Assembly: GCA_963668315.1 (NCBI GenBank)
Contig: OY764216.1
Location: 1,504,001 to 1,568,000 of the forward strand
Reading direction: 5' to 3'
Length of the DNA: 64,000 bases
Origin: Spirochaetia bacterium
GTDB taxonomy: Bacteria > Spirochaetota > Spirochaetia > DSM-2461
The notes beneath the pieces are model-generated. The model saw only the letters and a list, made by a program, of their open reading frames with translations, was not told where the DNA came from and made no database searches. Shown here in pieces: positions 57,781 through 64,000 of this stretch; the first letter of the stretch is position 1; the number at the start of each line of letters is the position of its first letter. The translations under genes and the position numbers were made by a program.

Positions 57781-58077
57781 ATGACAGTAGAAATCAAAGG
57801 TGTTCATAATTACCATGTTAGCGACAAGACCAAGGAATACCTGGACAAGAAATTGAACCGGATCACGACTTTCGAGGATTTGATTCAGGACCTTCATGTC
57901 AGTATTACCAGAGAGCAGAGCAGCGAGTACAAAGTAAGTTCCGATCTGCACTACCGCTGGGGGACGGTAGCTCATGTGACAGTTAACGACAGAGATCTTT
58001 ACAAAGCGATAGATACCTGTTTTGATAAAATTGACCATAAGACATCAAAAGAAAAGGAAAAAATCAAGGAACATTAG
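57781..58077 (+). CDS. hpf: Ribosome hibernation promoting factor (short HPF/RaiA)
   Basis: MTVEIKG..KEYLDKKL..DLYKAID; follows rpoN. Confidence 0.88.
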   Translation: MTVEIKGVHNYHVSDKTKEYLDKKLNRITTFEDLIQDLHVSITREQSSEYKVSSDLHYRWGTVAHVTVNDRDLYKAIDTCFDKIDHKTSKEKEKIKEH

Positions 58078-58101
58078 ATAAAATTATGCTATAATTGGGG
58101 T

Positions 58102-59082
58102 GTGATGAAGAAATTTACCGTTCTCGATCTTCTTGAACTAGATCTGAAACCGCCCCGAAATCTTGACCTGAAGTGTCTTTGCGGACGCAAAGGTCTGATT
58201 AGAGAGATTCCCCTGCCCGAAATCAATCGGCCGGGGCTGGCTCTGAGCGGTTTTTTTGAACTGTTCGTAGGTCAGAGGCTGCAGGTTTTCGGGCAGGGGG
58301 AGTTCGCCTATCTTCAGAAGCTGGAGGGGGAGGGAAACTTCGAATACGTGGAGAAGTTTTTCGCCATCAATCCTCCCTGCTGCATTTTCAGTCACAGTCT
58401 GACGCCCAGTGCCCGTTTTCAGGAACTGGCCGAGAAATACGGGGTCGCCATTCTTCAGACGACCCTGGAATCGTCGGACTTCTCGGTAAGACTTATTCAG
58501 GTTCTCAGCGATATCTTTGCCCCTCAGAAGACCCTTCACGGCGTTTTTGTGGAAGTCCACGGAACCGGGGTTCTGATAACCGGGGAGAGCGGAGTGGGAA
58601 AGAGCGAGACGGCTCTGGAGCTTATTGCCCGGGGGAACAGGCTCATTGCCGATGATGCGGTTCTTCTCAAGCGTCTCAATGGAAACATGCTAATGGGCTA
58701 TTCCACCAACCCCGCCATGTCTTCCCACATGGAAATCCGCGGCATGGGGATCGTCAACGTGGCCCAGGTTTTCGGGATAGGCGCCGTTAAAGAGAGCAAG
58801 CAGCTCGAAATCGTGGTGAATCTGGAAGACTGGCAGGTGGGTAAGATATATGACCGGATGGGAACGAAAGGCGAGACGGTCAATATTCTAGGGGTTAATG
58901 TTCCCAGCATAACTATCCCCATTAAACCGGGAAGAAATATTCCCATCATTATAGAAACCGCCGTATTAAACGAGCGGCTCAAGCAGAGGGGCTATTTTGC
59001 CGCGCGGGAGTTCAACAAGGATATTATCCAGTGGCTCGAGAGCGAGAATGCCCGGAAGCTGTATTTTGATAATTTCGGATAA
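58102..59082 (+). CDS. hprK: HPr(Ser) kinase/phosphorylase
   Basis: NRPGLAL, HGVFV, GESGVGKSE, LIADD, MEIRGMG, PGRN. Confidence 0.95.
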   Translation: MMKKFTVLDLLELDLKPPRNLDLKCLCGRKGLIREIPLPEINRPGLALSGFFELFVGQRLQVFGQGEFAYLQKLEGEGNFEYVEKFFAINPPCCIFSHSLTPSARFQELAEKYGVAILQTTLESSDFSVRLIQVLSDIFAPQKTLHGVFVEVHGTGVLITGESGVGKSETALELIARGNRLIADDAVLLKRLNGNMLMGYSTNPAMSSHMEIRGMGIVNVAQVFGIGAVKESKQLEIVVNLEDWQVGKIYDRMGTKGETVNILGVNVPSITIPIKPGRNIPIIIETAVLNERLKQRGYFAAREFNKDIIQWLESENARKLYFDNFG

Positions 59083-59130
59083 CCGGCAGTCAGGCGAGAG
59101 CAGACACCCGGAATCTTATTAGGATTGAGA

Positions 59131-59394
59131 ATGGTAAAACAGGACGTAGTGATTAAAAATAGAGCCGGCCTACATGCGAGACCCGCATCGATGATAGTTC
59201 AGACGGCGGCAAAATTTTCCTCCAATATCTATATCCATAAGGATGATGTTCAGGTCAACGCCAAATCCATCATGAATTTGCTGACCCTGGGCGGAGCATA
59301 TAAGACGGAATTGCTCATCTCTGTGGAAGGGGAGGATGAAAAGGAAGCCCTCGATGCCATCGTGGCTCTCTTTGAATCCAAATTCGAGGAGTAG
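59131..59394 (+). CDS. ptsH: Phosphocarrier protein HPr
   Basis: GLHARPA (His15) and NAKSIM (Ser46). Confidence 0.95.
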   Translation: MVKQDVVIKNRAGLHARPASMIVQTAAKFSSNIYIHKDDVQVNAKSIMNLLTLGGAYKTELLISVEGEDEKEALDAIVALFESKFEE

Positions 59395-59400
59395 GGCTCT

Positions 59401-61143
59401 CTGAACCATCCCGGAAGATTCAGGGCCCGGTCCTTTAATACGGCCCTATTCATATCCCTTGTGCTGGTCGTCCTTTTCTTCCTCATTATCGGTCGTTCCT
59501 TAACGGGATTAATCCGCTTCGGGCCGGGAGCTCTCAGCGGTACGTCGATACTTATCCTCTGTCTGATAATTTCTCTGCTCCTCATTACCATGGGGGTTCA
59601 TTTCTACTACTTCTTCCTGAAGAAGCGGGAAGGACTCAGGCTGCAGATACAGCTGGTTCTGGTTTTCATAATTCTGATTCTGGCCGCCTCTCTTCCTCAG
59701 AGCCTCCTCTCCCTCCATGTTCTGGAAGGGGTCATGCAGTTCTGGGTCGGAGAGGAGCTGGAGGCGACCCTGGAGGACAGTTCGGAATTCGTCCTCTCCT
59801 ATTACGGCATGGTCAGTGACAATCTCTATTCCCTGGGGAGGAGCACCATCCTGGGGGAAATGCTTGACGAGTATGTAAGGGGGGGGGAGTTCCCCTGGAA
59901 GAAGCTCAAGGAGCTTAATCTTTTCATCGAAACAGTTCAGATCTTTTCCGGGGAGGGAGAGGAGCTTTACGGGAACGAAGACCTCGCCGTGGAGCGCGGT
60001 TTTACCACGTCCTATTCAAACAGCTACCTTCCTGTAAGAACCAGCAGCGGCCGGGTTATCCTCAGCTATATCCGCAAGGAGAAGGGAATCAGTCTCGTTC
60101 TTACCGCCTCCCTTCTGAGCGGAACGGCCGAGATAGGAAGGAGCCTTGAAGCCCAGCTGGACAGACTCCTGGGATACAATCAGTTTCAGCAGGACAGCCT
60201 CAGGTGGAAACTCTATTTCTTTATTTTTTTCGTCTTTCCCCTGCTGCTTATCTCCATAAACCTGGCCATTCTCTTTGCCCGGACCTTGATCACTCCCATT
60301 AATGAACTGGGGCAGGCCTTGAGGAAAGTCACCGAAGGGGATTATAATTACCGCATCTCTCTGGATGAGGGCGGCGGGGTCTATGATTTCTATGTGGATA
60401 TATTCAACGAGATGATCGACGAGCTGAACAGTTCCCGTTCCGAACTAGTCCAGACAGAAAAGATAGGCGCCTGGAGGGATATTGCCCAGCGGCTGGCCCA
60501 TGAGATCCGCAATCCTCTGACTCCCATTAAATTGAATGCCCAGAGGATACTCCTGAAGGCCTCGGACATGGATGAGGAAACTCAGAAATATCTGCTGACC
60601 CCCATGAACAGAATCCTGAAGGAAGTGGATGAGCTTGACCTACTCCTCAGAGAGTTCAGGGAATTCGCCGGACAGAGGGCTCCCGTGCTGAAGAAGCTTG
60701 AACTGTCCCGTCTCATTGACGAAGTATGGGACAGCTACGGGAAGAAGAAGGACGATGTGATTTTCTCTCTCCATGATGAAGAGGAGGGAAGGGTTATCCT
60801 GGGTGATTCCTCCCAGCTGAAGCAGGTCTTCCGCAATATATTTTCCAATGCCATGGAGGCGATGGAGTTCCGGGGACGCCTTTCCGTAAGGCTGACCACC
60901 ATAATTAAGGGAACATCCGGTTTCTGCCGGATAGCCATAAGGGACTGGGGCAGGGGAATCGACGAGGAAACCCTGACCCGCATTTTTGAACCGTATTATA
61001 CCACGAGAAAGACCGGGACCGGACTGGGGCTTCCGATCGTGGAACGGATTATTACCGATCATAAAGGCCGGATCTGGGTGGAGTCCTCTCCCGGGGAGGG
61101 AACGGTTTTTTATATTGATCTGCCCATAGGGAGGGAGTTGTGA
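59401..61143 (+). CDS. NtrY-like sensor histidine kinase (start uncertain: CTG 59401 or GTG 59461)
   Basis: TM-HAMP, AWRDIAQRLAHEIRNPLTPI, NAMEA, DWGRG, GTGLGL. Confidence 0.88.
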   Translation: MNHPGRFRARSFNTALFISLVLVVLFFLIIGRSLTGLIRFGPGALSGTSILILCLIISLLLITMGVHFYYFFLKKREGLRLQIQLVLVFIILILAASLPQSLLSLHVLEGVMQFWVGEELEATLEDSSEFVLSYYGMVSDNLYSLGRSTILGEMLDEYVRGGEFPWKKLKELNLFIETVQIFSGEGEELYGNEDLAVERGFTTSYSNSYLPVRTSSGRVILSYIRKEKGISLVLTASLLSGTAEIGRSLEAQLDRLLGYNQFQQDSLRWKLYFFIFFVFPLLLISINLAILFARTLITPINELGQALRKVTEGDYNYRISLDEGGGVYDFYVDIFNEMIDELNSSRSELVQTEKIGAWRDIAQRLAHEIRNPLTPIKLNAQRILLKASDMDEETQKYLLTPMNRILKEVDELDLLLREFREFAGQRAPVLKKLELSRLIDEVWDSYGKKKDDVIFSLHDEEEGRVILGDSSQLKQVFRNIFSNAMEAMEFRGRLSVRLTTIIKGTSGFCRIAIRDWGRGIDEETLTRIFEPYYTTRKTGTGLGLPIVERIITDHKGRIWVESSPGEGTVFYIDLPIGREL

Positions 61144-62522
61144 AAATACAGCCGGGTAACATTCTTATTATAGACGATGAAGATTCCATCCGGGATACTC
61201 TCAAGGAGATACTGGAGGACGAGGGCTATAATGTCTATACGGCCGAAGACGGGCCGGAGGGGCTTGTCCTTCTATCGGATAACGAGATAGACGTTGTATT
61301 CCTTGATGTCTGGCTTCCCCGCCGGGGCGGGATAGATGTCCTGCAGGACATAAAAAAAGAGAAGCGGGACACGGAGGTCATTATTATCTCCGGACACGCC
61401 AACGTCGACCTGGCCGTAAAAGCCATAAAACTGGGGGCCTATGATTTTCTGGAGAAGCCCCTCGATATCGGCAAGGTGCTTACCCTGGCCAGAAAGGCGG
61501 CGGAGCTGAAGAGCCTCAAGACGGAAAACCGCTCCCTGAAGAGCCGCCTTGAGGGGACGGAGCAGGTAGAGCTCATCGGTGATTCCAATGAGATCAACCG
61601 AATCAGGAAAGTTATCAGCCAGGGCGCCCCTTCCGATTCGCGTATCCTGATTCTGGGAGAGAACGGAACGGGCAAGGAGCTTATCGCCAGGATGATTCAT
61701 CAGAAGAGTCCCCGGGCCTCCATGCCCTTTATTGAGGTCAACTGCGCGGCCATACCGGACAATCTGATAGAAAGTGAACTTTTCGGCCATGAAAAAGGGG
61801 CTTTCACCGGTGCGGTGGGGAAAAAAAAGGGCAAGTTCGAACTGGCCGACGGGGGGACTCTGTTTCTTGATGAAGTAGCCGATATGTCTCTGAACGCCCA
61901 GGCCAAAGTTCTCAGGGCCATACAGGAGATGGTTTTCGAACGGGTCGGAGGTGAGGAGTCCGTCCGGGTGGATGTCAGAATTATCGCCGCTACCAATAAG
62001 GATATCCGTAAGGAAGTGGAGGAAGGGAATTTCCGGGAGGACTTATACTTCCGCTTAAGCGTCATCCCGATCGATGTGCCGCCCCTTCATGAAAGAACCG
62101 GCGATGTTATCCTTCTGCTCAAGCACTTTATCTCCCAGTTCTCCGGAGGAGGCAGGCAGTTCTCGCCCGACGCTCTTGAGGAGCTTTCCCGCTATGTGTG
62201 GCCCGGGAATATCAGGGAGCTGAGGAACTTCGTGGAACGCATTAATGTCATGTGCGATGACAATCCCATCGGTTCCGATGCGGTCTCTTCCTTTCTCCAC
62301 CGCTTTGAAGAGAGCGATAAGAAGAACGCGTCACCCTCTCCCCTGGGAGAATTCAGCACCATGAAGCTCAGTGAAGCCCGTGACGAATTCGAAAGAAAGA
62401 TGATCATTGAAAAGCTTGAGGAAAACGGTTATAATGTATCCCGTACCGCCGGTGTACTGGGTTTGTATCCCGGCAATCTGCATAACAAAATCAAGAAATA
62501 CGGGATAGAGATTAAGAAATGA
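61140..62522 (+). CDS. NtrX-like sigma-54-dependent response regulator
   Basis: REC (DD, LDVWLP, KP), GENGTGKE, GAFTGA, WPGNIREL, Fis-type HTH. Confidence 0.92.
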   Translation: MKIQPGNILIIDDEDSIRDTLKEILEDEGYNVYTAEDGPEGLVLLSDNEIDVVFLDVWLPRRGGIDVLQDIKKEKRDTEVIIISGHANVDLAVKAIKLGAYDFLEKPLDIGKVLTLARKAAELKSLKTENRSLKSRLEGTEQVELIGDSNEINRIRKVISQGAPSDSRILILGENGTGKELIARMIHQKSPRASMPFIEVNCAAIPDNLIESELFGHEKGAFTGAVGKKKGKFELADGGTLFLDEVADMSLNAQAKVLRAIQEMVFERVGGEESVRVDVRIIAATNKDIRKEVEEGNFREDLYFRLSVIPIDVPPLHERTGDVILLLKHFISQFSGGGRQFSPDALEELSRYVWPGNIRELRNFVERINVMCDDNPIGSDAVSSFLHRFEESDKKNASPSPLGEFSTMKLSEARDEFERKMIIEKLEENGYNVSRTAGVLGLYPGNLHNKIKKYGIEIKK

Positions 62523-63115
62523 AGCAAATGACTTCCCGCCAGAAAGAGATCTATGACTTTCTCGAGGCTTTTATCGAGCGGGAGGGATATTCGCCGTCCA
62601 TTCGTGAGGTGGCCGGTCACTTCGGCATCTCCGCCATGGGAGCCCGGGATCATCTTCTGGCTCTGGAGAAAAAAGGGTATATTCAGAGCGGCAGCAATAC
62701 GTCCCGTTCCTTTGTCCTGAGCCGGAGCAAAACCGAAGAGGTGCTGGAAATCCCCATACTGGGCCATGTGGCCGCGGGACAGCCCCTTCTGGCCGAGGAA
62801 AATCTTAACGGTTCCGTTAAACTGCCCTCCGCGCTTTTCAGCCATAACAGCCTCTTCGCCCTTTATGTGGAAGGGGACAGTATGATTAATGCCGGCATTT
62901 TCGAGGGGGACCTGGCTATTTTTCATCAGCAGGAACAGGTGGAGAACGGAGAGATTGTCGTGGCCATGGTGGAGGAAGCGGTTACTCTTAAGAGGTTTTA
63001 CCGGGAGAAGAGCCGCGTCAGACTTCAGGCCGAGAATCCCGAGTATTCTCCCATTTATGCCAGCGACATCCGAATCCTCGGCCGTCTTGTTCATCTTATC
63101 AGAAATTACGATTAA
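62519..63115 (+). CDS. lexA: LexA repressor
   Basis: T.RQ..PSIRE wHTH, VAAG cleavage site, GDSM Ser, TLKR Lys. Confidence 0.93.
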   Translation: MKQMTSRQKEIYDFLEAFIEREGYSPSIREVAGHFGISAMGARDHLLALEKKGYIQSGSNTSRSFVLSRSKTEEVLEIPILGHVAAGQPLLAEENLNGSVKLPSALFSHNSLFALYVEGDSMINAGIFEGDLAIFHQQEQVENGEIVVAMVEEAVTLKRFYREKSRVRLQAENPEYSPIYASDIRILGRLVHLIRNYD

Positions 63116-63117
63116 CC

Positions 63118-64000
63118 ATGGAAAGAGTACATCTGCTTCTGGGCCCGGAAGAGGGCCAGAAAAAAGCCTATATAGAGCAAATAAAAGAGAATCTCCGCAA
63201 GGAACTGGGGGAGGAGCCGGAGAATTTCCGGTTTTATCCCGATGAGAAGGATCTCTCGGAGATCATTTCGATTATTTCCAACGGTTCCCTTTTCGCACCC
63301 CATCGGTTTGTCCAGCTGATGAACGTGGATGTTTACAAGGGAAAGCAGCAGAAAAGCCTGATCGATTACCTGTCCGGTCCCGCCGATGACGTCACTCTCG
63401 TCATGGTCAGCGAAAAGAATAGTGTCGATAAGAAACTGGAGAATGTCGTCCCCAAAAACGGAAGGAAAGTATTCTGGGAACTGTTTGAACGGGATCGTAA
63501 GAGCTGGGTTTATCAGTTTTTCCGGGAAAAGCGTATCAATATTGAGTCCGAAGCCGTGGATGACCTTCTGGAAATGGTGGAGAGCAATACGGAAGAACTG
63601 AAGAAAGCCTGCACCCTGCTGAACTTTTATTTTGGAGAGGGCTCGGAGATCGGAACTGACGATGTGGACCGTATCCTCTATCACAGCAAAGAGGAGAGCG
63701 TCTTTACCCTTTTTGATAAAATCGCCGCCCGGGATATGGAGGGCGCTTTGGAAAGCTACGCCAAGATTCGTCTTTCCGCTTCGGGAGAGATGGTTCAGAT
63801 ACTGGGGGGGCTTCTGTGGCAGATCAAGAAACTGCTGGATACGGCCCTGCTCCTGGAGGGGGGGATGAATCCTCAGCAGGCATTTACCCAGTTGAAAATC
63901 TTCGGCAAAAAGAGACAGTCCCTCTTTCTTCAGGGCACGAGAAACTACTCCTCCGCCGAACTGCAGAGGGCCGTCATGCTTATTGCCGAATACGACAGCA
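63118..64000 (+). CDS. holA: DNA polymerase III delta subunit, runs off the window
   Basis: Hand translation MERVHLLLGPEEGQK..NGSLFAPHRFV..KVFWELFE..SKEESVFTLFD. Confidence 0.85.
   Translation, partial: MERVHLLLGPEEGQKKAYIEQIKENLRKELGEEPENFRFYPDEKDLSEIISIISNGSLFAPHRFVQLMNVDVYKGKQQKSLIDYLSGPADDVTLVMVSEKNSVDKKLENVVPKNGRKVFWELFERDRKSWVYQFFREKRINIESEAVDDLLEMVESNTEELKKACTLLNFYFGEGSEIGTDDVDRILYHSKEESVFTLFDKIAARDMEGALESYAKIRLSASGEMVQILGGLLWQIKKLLDTALLLEGGMNPQQAFTQLKIFGKKRQSLFLQGTRNYSSAELQRAVMLIAEYDS

Noticed and set aside
1..64000. CRISPR arrays, tRNA/rRNA genes, IS elements, prophage or anti-phage defence genes
   Set aside because: No spaced repeats, cloverleaf motifs, transposase/integrase or recognisable defence domains seen by eye; short RNAs could still be missed without covariance-model searches

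Overview
A 64-kb chromosomal segment, most likely from a free-living Spirochaetales-type bacterium (inferred from the lptCAB-rpoN-hpf-hprK-HPr-ntrYX-lexA-holA gene order and the OppA signal-peptide style). No rRNA, tRNA, CRISPR, IS or prophage was recognised. Contents: a YesM-like kinase, a CBS / PTS-EIIA-CBS / ArsB-NhaD transporter operon, an oppABCDF operon, six GGDEF/EAL genes, an unusually large glutamate dehydrogenase, full-length Lhr, a TetR-MMPL-LolA-like-OMP cluster with a perfect operator palindrome, NrdR-boxed nrdAB, aldo-keto reductases, pirin, XdhC/MocA and the lpt-rpoN-HPr-lexA-holA block. Best candidate for a new system: a leaderless, signal-peptide-bearing, His-rich 119-aa uORF (4564-4923, minus) that ends in the ribosome-arrest motif RAPP. 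Its last codons are complementary to the Shine-Dalgarno of the downstream transporter operon, which is a SecM/CruR-like switch in an unexpected context. Also notable: about 12 apparently leaderless promoters, a GDH with a chimeric-looking architecture, and a hidden CxxC AhpD/CMD-like remnant below the ORF-track cutoff.
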